Part shown: positions 9,096 to 18,429 of the stretch, piece after piece
Layout: every line of letters begins with the position of its first letter
How positions within the stretch are numbered: the stretch's first letter is position 1
Source of the DNA: a virus
Taxonomy: Duplodnaviria > Heunggongvirae > Uroviricota > Caudoviricetes
IMG/VR virus record: IMGVR_UViG_3300031134_000466
DNA length: 64,000 bases
Reading direction: 5' to 3' (one strand)
Translations under genes and position numbers: made by a program
The notes under the pieces: model-generated
The model's input: only the letters and a program-made list of their open reading frames with translations
What the model was told of the DNA's origin: nothing
The model's database searches: none

Positions 9096-9545
9096 TCAGT
9101 CCAGCAAAGACTCAATCTTTACTACCAACGGAGTCTTAGCAAGCCAGGTGTGAGCTGTCATGTCGATACATTTAGTTGCTTCTTCAATAAAATCTCGACG
9201 CTCCTGCTCAGAAGGCTTCAAATAATCATTCATGAACAGCATGATGTTAGTAGCATACCAGTCGATAATAGCAACCTGGTAATTTTCTGCTTCATTGAAG
9301 ATGAAACCCAGCACATTCACAAGGTAATCACGGTCCATTGATTCAAGCTTGAACACATCCCCTGTAATGTTCACCCAAAACTCATCCTGCATGAACACGC
9401 GTAAGTCAATACTACCATCAGTATGCTTTTCTTTAGGTTCAGGGAACTCTGGAAGCAAACCAGCTTCCACTAACCAAGTGTCATTCTGCACCTTCAAGGG
9501 CTGCCTCCTTCTCCTTGAATGCAATCCACTTCGGGCTAACCTCAT
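9096..9545 (-). CDS. Hypothetical protein
   Basis: ORF only; overlaps upstream gene end by 65 nt (11 nt if a GTG at 9491 is used). Confidence 0.4.
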   Translation of the reverse strand: MRLARSGLHSRRRRQPLKVQNDTWLVEAGLLPEFPEPKEKHTDGSIDLRVFMQDEFWVNITGDVFKLESMDRDYLVNVLGFIFNEAENYQVAIIDWYATNIMLFMNDYLKPSEQERRDFIEEATKCIDMTAHTWLAKTPLVVKIESLLD

Positions 9546-10065
9546 CCACGTAGGTGTTCACGTGGTCAAGAAGCTCGGCAAGGGTTGCGTACTGAATCTT
9601 ACCGTCAAAGCTCGGGGCGAAAGGCTGACCCTGCCATGTCATGCGACGGTAAACCCAGCCATGCTCACGCTTAGCGAAAGTGATGGTGTTGACACCAGAG
9701 TCGATGTCAAGCGAGCGGGCTTCAACCTGCTTCAGGTACCAACCAGTAAGCTGGGTCTTACGGTAACGGATGTACTGGGCGACAAGCTTAGCGTCTTCCT
9801 CATCAGGAGCAAGGTAGTTCATGTAGTTGCTGTACTCACTGCTGTTATCAGGAACCACCAGAGCAGCGATGAAGAACGTGCCTACATGCATGTCCCTAAC
9901 GACAGGGACACGGTACTGGGCGACCCACGGGTGGTTGATGTCAACCTGGCTCAGGGTGGTCTCAGTGTAACCTTCGGCAATATCTGTACTCATTTGAAGA
10001 ACTCCAATATGATGGGGAACAGGACGTATTAGCTCTACTCTACCAGACGCAGGTTCTAAAATCAA
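9481..10065 (-). CDS. Hypothetical protein
   Basis: ORF, 4-nt overlap with downstream-strand neighbour at 10062-10065. Confidence 0.5.
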   Translation of the reverse strand: MILEPASGRVELIRPVPHHIGVLQMSTDIAEGYTETTLSQVDINHPWVAQYRVPVVRDMHVGTFFIAALVVPDNSSEYSNYMNYLAPDEEDAKLVAQYIRYRKTQLTGWYLKQVEARSLDIDSGVNTITFAKREHGWVYRRMTWQGQPFAPSFDGKIQYATLAELLDHVNTYVDEVSPKWIAFKEKEAALEGAE

Positions 10066-10685
10066 CCCTTGTTCTGTTTAGCCCATTCTACACCAGCAAG
10101 GAAAGCATCACGAGGACGCTCGTCCTTCCAGGAATCAGCAATGGCAGCAGCTTCAGGGTCAACATCGTCCTTCGTCTTCACGAAAACATCGCTCACCAGC
10201 ATGAAAGTGATACGAAGTCTATCCTGCATGAACATCACATCTCGGGAAATGTACTCAAGCCCATCTTTGTACTTGACCTGCATAGGACTCTCATTGAGAA
10301 TTCCATCAGAAATAAAGTCGTCAATCTCCCAGCCTTTTGCCTGAAGTCGCTCAGTGATTGTCGATGCGTACTCAGTACGGTAAGCGTAACGCTCTTTCTT
10401 CTTTCGGTCGAAGTACTTGTCGCCGTAGCGATATGCAACGTAAAGACCTGCTGCAATGACTGCAAAACCGATGACGGTGCCAAAGAACTCGTTCACTGTC
10501 TTACCGAACATGGTGAAAAAGGGAACAAGGATGACAAGCGAGCCCAGGATGCCGGCAAGCATGAACAGGTTAGCTCGAAGCTTCTCGTCCCAGTCACTGA
10601 GACCGTAGAATCGCTTCATGTCAGGGTCAAAACTAATCCACTGCTCTTTGTAACGAGGAACAGGCTTGAAAGTCTCTACAGACAT
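10062..10685 (-). CDS. Membrane protein (2 TM), unknown function
   Basis: Two long hydrophobic helices (LFMLAGILGSLVILVPFF; VIGFAVIAAGLYVAY). Confidence 0.5.
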   Translation of the reverse strand: MSVETFKPVPRYKEQWISFDPDMKRFYGLSDWDEKLRANLFMLAGILGSLVILVPFFTMFGKTVNEFFGTVIGFAVIAAGLYVAYRYGDKYFDRKKKERYAYRTEYASTITERLQAKGWEIDDFISDGILNESPMQVKYKDGLEYISRDVMFMQDRLRITFMLVSDVFVKTKDDVDPEAAAIADSWKDERPRDAFLAGVEWAKQNKG

Positions 10686-10758
10686 TATGAATCTCCCAAA
10701 ATAAGTCTGGCGAATAATATAGTCGTCAGTCTACCAAGGAAAAGCAGGAAAAGCAACC

Positions 10759-11367
10759 TTAGTCGTCAGATACTTGCTGCCACGCAACTGCAGCATCATT
10801 CCACTCCAGAGCATTGTCGATGTCACCAACCCATTCTCTTACTGATGGCAGCCGGTCACCATTCAAGAAGTTCCGCTTGATTTTCAAGCGTGGGACATAG
10901 AAGCCACCGACTTTTTCTAAGGAACTATGCAAGTTCTCAGTGGGAAGGAACTTGTCAAGGATAGCTGCAAATTCGGGCACAGCTAACCATAGATTGTTCA
11001 CGGAAAGGAACGGAGCAGTGTCAACATGGATAGCACGGTAGAAGTTTACGTCTGAATCGTACATGTAACCGCTTGCTATCCCACCAAAGATTTGCGGTTC
11101 AAATTTGGGGCGGTAAGTGACTTTTCTTGTTTCACTCAACGGAGCATCAATTTTTATCAAGTCAGGAACATATCTTGATGCAGACTTCTCTGTTTTTAGG
11201 TGAAGCAGGTAACCTGTTTGGTCCCAAAAGATTAGACTGTTAGGTACGCTTTTCATCTGTTTCTTGCTCAATAAGTCAAGTTTCGCAAGTTCAGATTTTA
11301 GACTCAACCGACTGATGTCAGGATCGTTCGATAGCTCTTTTGTGTAAGAGTGTGAGGTAATGTTCAT
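10759..11367 (-). CDS. Hypothetical protein
   Basis: ORF only. Confidence 0.45.
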   Translation of the reverse strand: MNITSHSYTKELSNDPDISRLSLKSELAKLDLLSKKQMKSVPNSLIFWDQTGYLLHLKTEKSASRYVPDLIKIDAPLSETRKVTYRPKFEPQIFGGIASGYMYDSDVNFYRAIHVDTAPFLSVNNLWLAVPEFAAILDKFLPTENLHSSLEKVGGFYVPRLKIKRNFLNGDRLPSVREWVGDIDNALEWNDAAVAWQQVSDD

Positions 11368-11369
11368 GA

Positions 11370-12155
11370 TTAGTTATTCACCGTTTCAAAGTAGTATCTA
11401 TTATCGTCATGTTCAACGAAGTGACGTTCAGAAATGTTCTCATTCCCATCTACATACACTTTCAGCTTCCCGCTTCGAACAGTTCCTTCTGTGATAACGG
11501 AAGACTCTCGTCTGGTGGTGCCGTATTCAGTAGAAGCAACATTGTAGTTAGTGAGAATCCATTTTTCGACATCAGTACTGCTGTTGTCAGTGAACCATCC
11601 ACCAGGTAGGAACACTGATACCACAGCCGCGACCGCAAAAATAGATGTCAGAAGAGCTACATGAGCTCCCAGCACATGACCAACAACCTCTTTCCTCTCA
11701 CCCTTAGAGAAGACAACAAAAACCATAGCTAACAAACCAGCAAAAATGACTATGGCCACAACTCGTGCCACCCAGGTGATGATAGACGTTGAACCATCAA
11801 CCCACTCTAAATATTGTGGGTTGGTATAGATCAGATGACCTTTTACCCGAGGTCCGAACAAACCAAGAGAAATAGAGGTGATGTAGAACACAACCCCCAG
11901 GATGGCTAACCAGATCAGTGCTTTTGATTTGGATTTAGAATAAGCAGTTCCAATGTCATTGGCAGTGTCTTTGAAAAATGCTTTACTGTCACCAATCATA
12001 TTTTCTGGACTCAGAGGATCAGTTGAAGTGTTGGAAACAGTTTTAGGCTCAGGCTTTTTCTCTTCAAAATCATTTTTGGAGAAGCCGGTAATAAGATCAT
12101 CAGACATAGTATGTGATCCTATCATGAGTGCATTAGACGCATGAATAAAAGTCAA
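11370..12155 (-). CDS. Membrane protein, unknown function
   Basis: Three hydrophobic segments in the central region; 3-nt spacing from downstream gene. Confidence 0.5.
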   Translation of the reverse strand: MTFIHASNALMIGSHTMSDDLITGFSKNDFEEKKPEPKTVSNTSTDPLSPENMIGDSKAFFKDTANDIGTAYSKSKSKALIWLAILGVVFYITSISLGLFGPRVKGHLIYTNPQYLEWVDGSTSIITWVARVVAIVIFAGLLAMVFVVFSKGERKEVVGHVLGAHVALLTSIFAVAAVVSVFLPGGWFTDNSSTDVEKWILTNYNVASTEYGTTRRESSVITEGTVRSGKLKVYVDGNENISERHFVEHDDNRYYFETVNN

Positions 12156-12331
12156 ATCTTTAGCAAAAGAAAGTGTTTTAGGGGAATCAAAAATACTTTC
12201 TTAGCGTTATACAAAGACCACCAATACCCGATAGTTATTAACCCCATACCGCTCAATTTATCAAGTCTCAAAAACGTGCCTCAAAACAGGACGATGGTAG
12301 ACTTCCCGTACTGAACTACTAAGAAGGAAAC

Positions 12332-13324
12332 ATGTCAGAAGAAAACAACCTCGAACCTCGTGAGCAGCAGCACCCAGCTTATGAGGCAATCAACTGGAAC
12401 AACGTCGATGAGTTCGACAACGCTGTTTGGCAGAAACTTACCAGTAACTTCTGGTTGCCAGAAAAAGTCTCTGTTTCCAACGACCGTAAAACATGGGAAA
12501 CCTTGTCTGATGCAGAAAAGAAGCTGGTTCTCCATGTCTTTACTGGTCTGACAATGCTTGACACCATTCAGGGTCGTTTCGGTGCTTTGAGTATTATGAA
12601 AGATGCAACTTCGTTGTTCGAAGAAGCTGTGTACACAAACATTGCGTTTATGGAGAATGTTCACGCTAAGAGCTACTCTTCTATCTTCTCTACTCTGTCC
12701 ACCACAAAGGACATTAACCAGTCCTTCAACTGGTCACAGCATAATGAGTTCCTTCGTAAGAAGGAAGAAATCATCATGTCCTACTACCGCGACACCGAGC
12801 ACCCTTTAGCTCCTCAGCGTCGTAAGATTGCTTCAACCCTGCTTGAATCCTTCTTGTTCTACTCAGGTTTCTACCTTCCTCTGTACATGAACTCACAGGC
12901 TAAGCTCACAAACTCAGCTGACATCATCAAGCTGATTATTCGTGACGAAGCAGTTCACGGTTTCTACATTGGTAAAAAGTACCAGGACAGCATTGAAGAA
13001 CTGGATGAGGCTACTAAAGCTGAACTCAAAGACTTCACCTACGAATTGCTTCTCGACTTGTTCGATAACGAAATTCGTTACACTCAGGACTTGTATGATG
13101 AGTTCGGTCTTACCGAAGACGTAATTGCTTTCTTGAAGTACAACGCAAACAAGGCTCTTGCTAACTTGGGCTATGAGCCTTTGTTCCCTGACCCTGAAGT
13201 ATCTGCAGCTATCACTTCGCAGCTCAACGCAGGTTCTGACACGCACGACTTCTTCAGTGGAAGTGGAGCATCCTACGTGATGACCACTCGTGAAGAGTTG
13301 GCTGAAGAGGACTGGGACTTCTAA
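12332..13324 (+). CDS. Ribonucleotide reductase class I small (beta/R2) subunit
   Basis: Two ExxH di-iron ligand motifs (MENVHAKSY, RDEAVHGFY), radical Tyr-region SYSSIF, C-terminal acidic tail EEDWDF. Confidence 0.9.
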   Translation: MSEENNLEPREQQHPAYEAINWNNVDEFDNAVWQKLTSNFWLPEKVSVSNDRKTWETLSDAEKKLVLHVFTGLTMLDTIQGRFGALSIMKDATSLFEEAVYTNIAFMENVHAKSYSSIFSTLSTTKDINQSFNWSQHNEFLRKKEEIIMSYYRDTEHPLAPQRRKIASTLLESFLFYSGFYLPLYMNSQAKLTNSADIIKLIIRDEAVHGFYIGKKYQDSIEELDEATKAELKDFTYELLLDLFDNEIRYTQDLYDEFGLTEDVIAFLKYNANKALANLGYEPLFPDPEVSAAITSQLNAGSDTHDFFSGSGASYVMTTREELAEEDWDF

Positions 13325-13347
13325 TCTACACTGACATGTAGCTTCTT

Positions 13348-13391
13348 AGGAGGGCTGACACTGAATACAAATTTTCAGTGTCAGCCCTCCT
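13348..13391 (+). terminator. 16-bp stem-loop after RNR gene
   Basis: aggagggctgacactg ... cagtgtcagccctcct. Confidence 0.5.
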
Positions 13392-13537
13392 TGTGTTAAC
13401 AGACCAGAAACGTATCCCATTAGCCGCAGACGCCCATCTGCTGCCCTAATACCCTTCATTCACTCAAGTGGACGGCTTACACTACCCAACCTCTTAGACG
13501 CCGTTTTAGTAAGAAACTGCTTTATAGGGTTACCGAG

Positions 13538-14050
13538 TTGCATTCTTCGGACCTTCCTGCTAAGGTAAGGAACATACAGTCCTTATTCGTTCCACCAGGA
13601 AGAAACAAAGCTTTTATGTTTGATGAGATTGGCTCGGCGCCTCAGACCCGGTACAAGCCCCGTGCGGGCGTTGTGCAGTTCCCTGAGAAGACTGCTCTTT
13701 CCAACCGTCAGCGTTCCTACCTGGATATTGCTGTTCGCCTCGCTGAGTCCTCGGATGCAAGCTTCAAGCACGGAGCAGTTATTGTTCGTGGCGGCAGCGT
13801 TCTTGCTGTCGGAGTGAACAAGTGGAAGAATCGTGACCTTCCTCCGACTCCCCCTGATGTGTACAACCCTGACATCACTGTCCACGCTGAGATTGATGCT
13901 CTTTCCCGAGTGAAGGACGCTCGCGGAACCACTGTCTACATTGCCCGAGTCACCCGTAGCGGCGACGAGCGTTTCTCTCGCCCCTGCAACCGTTGCGAGA
14001 AGGCTCTCATCGAGGCTGGAGTCAAGCGGGTCGTCTACACGGTAGGCTAA
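13538..14050 (+). CDS. dCMP/CMP deaminase (CDA fold)
   Basis: Zinc-binding HAE (HAEIDAL) and PCxxC (PCNRCEKAL) motifs with dCMP-deaminase spacing; true start may be an internal Met. Confidence 0.8.
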   Translation: MHSSDLPAKVRNIQSLFVPPGRNKAFMFDEIGSAPQTRYKPRAGVVQFPEKTALSNRQRSYLDIAVRLAESSDASFKHGAVIVRGGSVLAVGVNKWKNRDLPPTPPDVYNPDITVHAEIDALSRVKDARGTTVYIARVTRSGDERFSRPCNRCEKALIEAGVKRVVYTVG

Positions 14051-14127
14051 GACAAATAATTCCTAAGGCTGAACGTTTTACTGATAAAGTAAACGTTCAG
14101 CCTTATCTGTTTAACGAAAGAACCCTG

Positions 14128-14343
14128 ATGACTTGTCCACACTGTGCAATGGTAAACGAATGGCATCAATACAATTGCCCCACTGTACCCAAATTCGAAG
14201 ACATCTATGATGGACACCATTATTGGATTGCCTTCATGGATAGCCCTTATGCTTCATGTGCCTGGTGTGGAAAGATGAAAGGCAAACTTTCGTCAGCCCC
14301 AGATGCCCAATGTCGAGGAATCGTAAGAGTAGGATTACGTTAA
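14128..14343 (+). CDS. Small Cys-rich zinc-ribbon-like protein
   Basis: CPHC ... C ... CAWC arrangement; ATG at 14128 with purine-rich RBS; longer overlapping ORF from 13993 is probably not used. Confidence 0.4.
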   Translation: MTCPHCAMVNEWHQYNCPTVPKFEDIYDGHHYWIAFMDSPYASCAWCGKMKGKLSSAPDAQCRGIVRVGLR

Positions 14344-14388
14344 CTGAAAGAAGCCCTGACTTATAACCAGTCAGGGCTTCTTTCAGTT
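14342..14388. terminator. 20-bp perfect stem-loop between convergent genes
   Basis: aactgaaagaagccctgact ... agtcagggcttctttcagtt. Confidence 0.5.
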
Positions 14389-14394
14389 AATCAG

Positions 14395-16512
14395 TTACAG
14401 TTCACGACGACCTGTACGCAGTTCACGAAGCATACGCTCGTAAGCATATCCTGTCATTTCAGCGTCATTGTAAGCACGGTGAGCGCCAAGGTAAGGAACA
14501 TTGTAGCGGGCAGTGAATGAAGAGAGCTTATCGTTCGGAACATCAGTCAGAAGACGACGAGACAGTTTCAAAGTGTCAAGAATTTTGATTTTCTTGTGCT
14601 TCACAGCATCAGCAAAACCAGGAACATGTGTGGACATCCAACGCTGTTCAAAAGTCTTGTTGTGAGCCATCATGATACCAACATTTGTCAGCTGGTCAAG
14701 AACAGCAGTACCTTCAGCAGGGTTCAAGAACTGACGCTTCTTCGCAATCTGAGTTTCAGTAATACCATGCACTTCACTGTTGCCTGTGCTGCGAGTCAGG
14801 AGAGCTTTCTTCGAAAGACCGTAAAGCTTGCTTGTCTTAGCTTTCTCAGTGTCATTACGAGTCAGAGTAGAGTTACGGTAGTTGGTACGAACGGATGCAC
14901 CATACTCGATGATGCTACCTGAAGTAGGCTGAGAACCGGCAGTTTCCAAATCAACACTCACATAGTCAGGAAGCGTTTCCTGCTTAGCTGCCGTGACGTA
15001 GAGGCTACGAAGCTGAGCCGCAACATAGGTTCGGTCTTTGCGATTCTCATCATCGAAGTTGCCAGCAAACTCCTGCTCAACAACCTTAGAATCAACACCA
15101 CGCATTGTTGCAACTTCAGTGAAGATTTCCTGCTTCTCTTTGTTACTCAAGCTGGAGTTCAGAGCGTTCTGAGAGAAACCACGAGCGCGGTTACGTCCTT
15201 CCCAAGTACCAGCCTTACGGGAAGCAAGCTCGGTGTTGAACTTCTTCACAGCTTCAAGGTTGCCAGCAGCTTCCTGCTCAAGCTCAGGAGTCATAGTGAA
15301 ATGGTATTCACGGTATTCACGGTCGTCAATGACAACTGCAACCATACCACGCTTGAAACCAGCAGCCTGAGCATACCAAAGAGTCTGAGCTCGGTAAGTG
15401 TCAGGAACACCATCCAAACCATCTTCAGGGTTACCCCATTTGCCAGCAACAGAAGCAGTCTTGATTTCGACAATACCGTCAGGGTTACCATCCTTGTCAG
15501 CCATCAGACCGTCAAAGTTAGCAAACTGGAACTCGTTCTCGTTGTGCTTCCAAGAAGACTTGCAGAAAGTGATGTTGTCGTCAGGGTTGTTCTGCACAAC
15601 CTGGAGGAAGATTCGCTTCTCCCAAGCGTTACCACGACCAGCCGCGCCAGCATACTCTTCGTTGTTCAGTGCCTGCTCAGCAACCTGCTCATCAGTGATG
15701 GGTTCAAGCTTGGACTGCATGATTTCTTCATAGCTGTTGTAAGCACCCTTGACTCGCTTGATGGCTCCAACATCTGAACCACCAATACCTTTCTGACGCT
15801 GCTCAAGCCATTCACGAGTACCTGACTCGAACTCAGCAGTCTTAGTGAGTTCATTCAGCGTCTCTTTGTCATACTCACGCCATTCGCCAGCTTCACGAAG
15901 ACGGTTCTCTTCAAGGTCGGCAAGGTGAGCCACAACAGGTGCTGCAACGTCTTTGTACTCGTTAATCTGACGGCGGAGGAGACTGACTTCTTCGTTGATG
16001 TCAATCATCGCAAGTTCCTTCTGACGAACATCTTCGTAAAGGAACGCAGGGTCTTCTTCCCACTTCTTCTTCAGAAGGTCACGGTCAGCTTTAGTCTCCT
16101 CAAGAAGCTGCATGTTTGCATCACGCTTCTCAAGCAGGGCAGTAAAGTCTTCAGAGTTGATACGGTCCTGGATGAAGCTTTCCATGGCTTCCTCATCACC
16201 TGATTCAATCAGGCGGGCAGCTTCAGCTTTATCCTCTTCAACGGTCTTCAGAGCTTTCTGGTGACCGTAGGAACTAACAGGAGTGTAGGTACGCTCCATA
16301 GCTTCCTTCAAAATAGACATAGCAAGCAGGCTCTCAACATCGTTTGTGTTGTTCAGCTGCTTCTCAACCAGCTCAGCATTCTTGTGCTGATGATACTGGT
16401 ACTCAGTCATGTGTTCTCCGTTTATCAGTGTGCATTTCTTCTGTGCAGGGCAACGGACCCAATCGCCTTGCCTCTTGCCTGATTGCTGTTTATGGTAGTT
16501 CTTCATGGTCAA
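14395..16512 (-). CDS. Dual exonuclease: YqaJ/lambda-Exo-like PD-(D/E)xK domain fused to C-terminal DnaQ-like DEDDh 3'-5' exonuclease, with N-terminal coiled-coil
   Basis: GIGGSDVGAI motif, DG...DGIVEIK, Y..Q.Q (YqaJ family); then DLETAG (Exo I), AHNKTFE (Exo II), HRAYNDAEMT (Exo III, DEDDh). Confidence 0.7.
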   Translation of the reverse strand: MTMKNYHKQQSGKRQGDWVRCPAQKKCTLINGEHMTEYQYHQHKNAELVEKQLNNTNDVESLLAMSILKEAMERTYTPVSSYGHQKALKTVEEDKAEAARLIESGDEEAMESFIQDRINSEDFTALLEKRDANMQLLEETKADRDLLKKKWEEDPAFLYEDVRQKELAMIDINEEVSLLRRQINEYKDVAAPVVAHLADLEENRLREAGEWREYDKETLNELTKTAEFESGTREWLEQRQKGIGGSDVGAIKRVKGAYNSYEEIMQSKLEPITDEQVAEQALNNEEYAGAAGRGNAWEKRIFLQVVQNNPDDNITFCKSSWKHNENEFQFANFDGLMADKDGNPDGIVEIKTASVAGKWGNPEDGLDGVPDTYRAQTLWYAQAAGFKRGMVAVVIDDREYREYHFTMTPELEQEAAGNLEAVKKFNTELASRKAGTWEGRNRARGFSQNALNSSLSNKEKQEIFTEVATMRGVDSKVVEQEFAGNFDDENRKDRTYVAAQLRSLYVTAAKQETLPDYVSVDLETAGSQPTSGSIIEYGASVRTNYRNSTLTRNDTEKAKTSKLYGLSKKALLTRSTGNSEVHGITETQIAKKRQFLNPAEGTAVLDQLTNVGIMMAHNKTFEQRWMSTHVPGFADAVKHKKIKILDTLKLSRRLLTDVPNDKLSSFTARYNVPYLGAHRAYNDAEMTGYAYERMLRELRTGRREL

Positions 16513-16555
16513 TCTCTAACCTACCGCATTAACGTTTGAACCGCAAATCGAGCTT

Positions 16556-17479
16556 TTAGTGAAGATGGGAGAAGTTTTTTACAGCATCAACAGAAACACC
16601 GTTGACTAACGGCTCTAACTCTTTAAGGAAAGAGTTCAGTTCACCTTCATCAGTAGCATGGAGTGTTTTTGAAGCGATTGTCAAAGCTCTACGACCAAGA
16701 AGAAGAGCTGCAAACTGATTCAAACCGTAATCACTCACTGATCTGCCCAGAAGAGTCTCATATTCTTGACGAGCAACTGTCCACAGTTCAGGACGACGCA
16801 TCCGGTGAACCAGGTGAAGATACAGATGAGCTAAATCATATTCGCGTGGAGCAGCTCTTGATTCTTCGAAGGAAGTCCAGACAACACTGTAGTCTTCTTT
16901 CATCACTAAGTTCTCTGGTGTGGCACGTCCATGACTGACAACATTGATTTCAGGTGTTGAAGAAATCATGTTGGTAACAGGCTGAATAATTACTTTGAAC
17001 AAATCCCGTAAACGGTTCTGATTCTCAGCAGTCAAATACTTGAACGAAGGAGAACCCAGCTTCTCTCCGTAGCGTAAGTAGTCATCATTGGAGCTTTCAT
17101 TCAACTGAGGATACTTCAAGCTGTTGTGGATGTAGAACAGTTCCCGTGCTGCGTGAGCTGCTTGCATGGGGTTCATGTTAGTCCCAATTGGATACAGACG
17201 TTCCCATTCCCAAGCGGACAGTACAAGAGGTAACCCTCGTGATGACCTATGGTGAACATTGTCGAATAGAGGGTTTGTACCGTAAGTGGTGTTTACTGCG
17301 AAATCAATTTCTGTTTGCAGAGGAGCTGGGTTAGTTTCTGGCCGGAGGAGCTTGACAAATACACGTTCGTTATCACTGAGAATGTGATGAGGGGAACGGT
17401 TCAAAGAGTCTAATCTCACGATACCGTAGGTGATGTAATTCTGGCTAAGAATTCGGCACACTTCGTGAACAAGATTCAT
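16556..17479 (-). CDS. Protein-kinase-like fold (APH/choline-kinase family-like) protein, possibly with altered catalytic Asp
   Basis: HGRATPENLV resembling HGDxxPGN catalytic loop with Asp replaced by Arg; downstream SFEES and YDLAHL resembling the DFE/DLA motifs. Confidence 0.3.
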   Translation of the reverse strand: MNLVHEVCRILSQNYITYGIVRLDSLNRSPHHILSDNERVFVKLLRPETNPAPLQTEIDFAVNTTYGTNPLFDNVHHRSSRGLPLVLSAWEWERLYPIGTNMNPMQAAHAARELFYIHNSLKYPQLNESSNDDYLRYGEKLGSPSFKYLTAENQNRLRDLFKVIIQPVTNMISSTPEINVVSHGRATPENLVMKEDYSVVWTSFEESRAAPREYDLAHLYLHLVHRMRRPELWTVARQEYETLLGRSVSDYGLNQFAALLLGRRALTIASKTLHATDEGELNSFLKELEPLVNGVSVDAVKNFSHLH

Positions 17480-17597
17480 GGGGGTTGGCGACTTCTTTCT
17501 TCCAGGTGCAAAGGCGTAACCCTTCTATTATCGGGTAATGAAAGCCTTACTGCAGAAACTGTGGCAAAAAGAGTTGATCCGATAGACTATTTTTACT

Positions 17598-18269
17598 ATG
17601 ACTGATAAGAAAACCTACCCCTCCCCTTCACTCCTGGTCCTTGCTTTCCACGAAACCTACGGCCAGCCTGTTCGCACTGAACCTGTTTATGATGTTCCTG
17701 AGAAGCTTATGCGATCCGAACTGATCCTTGAAGAAGCAAGCGAGTTCTGGGACGCCAACAAAGCTAACGATTTAGTCGAAATGGCTGATGCTTTAGCTGA
17801 CCTTGTTTACGTAGCTTACGGTGCAGCAATCACCCATGGTGTCGACGTTGACGCTTCCTTCGGTGGACACAAAGAAACCCCTGCTGAGGTCTTGCGTGTT
17901 GTTCACCGCCGCCAGCGTCAGAAGATTCGTCCAATTCCAACATTGAACGTTCTTTCCCGCAACATGACTGCCTCAGGTTTGAACAAAACAGCTGTTGCTT
18001 ACGACAACTACGTTCGTCACACTCTTGAAGGTAACCCAGACCAGATTCGTGCGTTATTGACCACAATCATCTCCAGTGCTTACTTTGCAGCTTTTTCCTT
18101 AGGCATCGACTTGGATGACGTTCTGGAAGAAGTGCAGCGTTCCAACATGTCCAAGCTTGGTGAAGACGGCAAGCCAATCTACCGTGAAGATGGAAAGGTT
18201 CTCAAAGGACCAAACTTCTTCACACCTGACATTGCAGCTGTTTTGAAGCGTCAAGGTTGGAAAGGCTGA
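17598..18269 (+). CDS. MazG-like nucleoside triphosphate pyrophosphohydrolase
   Basis: EExxE...E/D metal-binding helix pattern LILEEASEFWDA ... VEMADALADLVYVAYG typical of MazG/HisE all-alpha NTP-PPase. Confidence 0.7.
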   Translation: MTDKKTYPSPSLLVLAFHETYGQPVRTEPVYDVPEKLMRSELILEEASEFWDANKANDLVEMADALADLVYVAYGAAITHGVDVDASFGGHKETPAEVLRVVHRRQRQKIRPIPTLNVLSRNMTASGLNKTAVAYDNYVRHTLEGNPDQIRALLTTIISSAYFAAFSLGIDLDDVLEEVQRSNMSKLGEDGKPIYREDGKVLKGPNFFTPDIAAVLKRQGWKG

Positions 18270-18294
18270 AAAGCCCTGAACATTGAATTGTAAT

Positions 18295-18327
18295 TTTGTC
18301 CCCCACAAGAACCTTGTGGGGGACAAA
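18295..18327 (+). terminator. 15-bp stem-loop after mazG-like gene
   Basis: tttgtcccccacaag ... cttgtgggggacaaa. Confidence 0.5.
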
Positions 18328-18429
18328 ATACTTTAATAAACTTTCACTCACCCTTGGTTCAAACTGGCTTTTGTCGGAGGTTTCCGATAGAATAAAGTAA
18401 CCCAGTAAACAAGAAAGCAGGCACATTCG

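Noticed and set aside
12156-12331. NrdR-box upstream of the RNR small-subunit gene
   Set aside because: Looked for the 16-bp palindromic NrdR box (acaCwAtATaTwGtgt-like) but found no convincing match; only the AAAACGTGCC element was noted.
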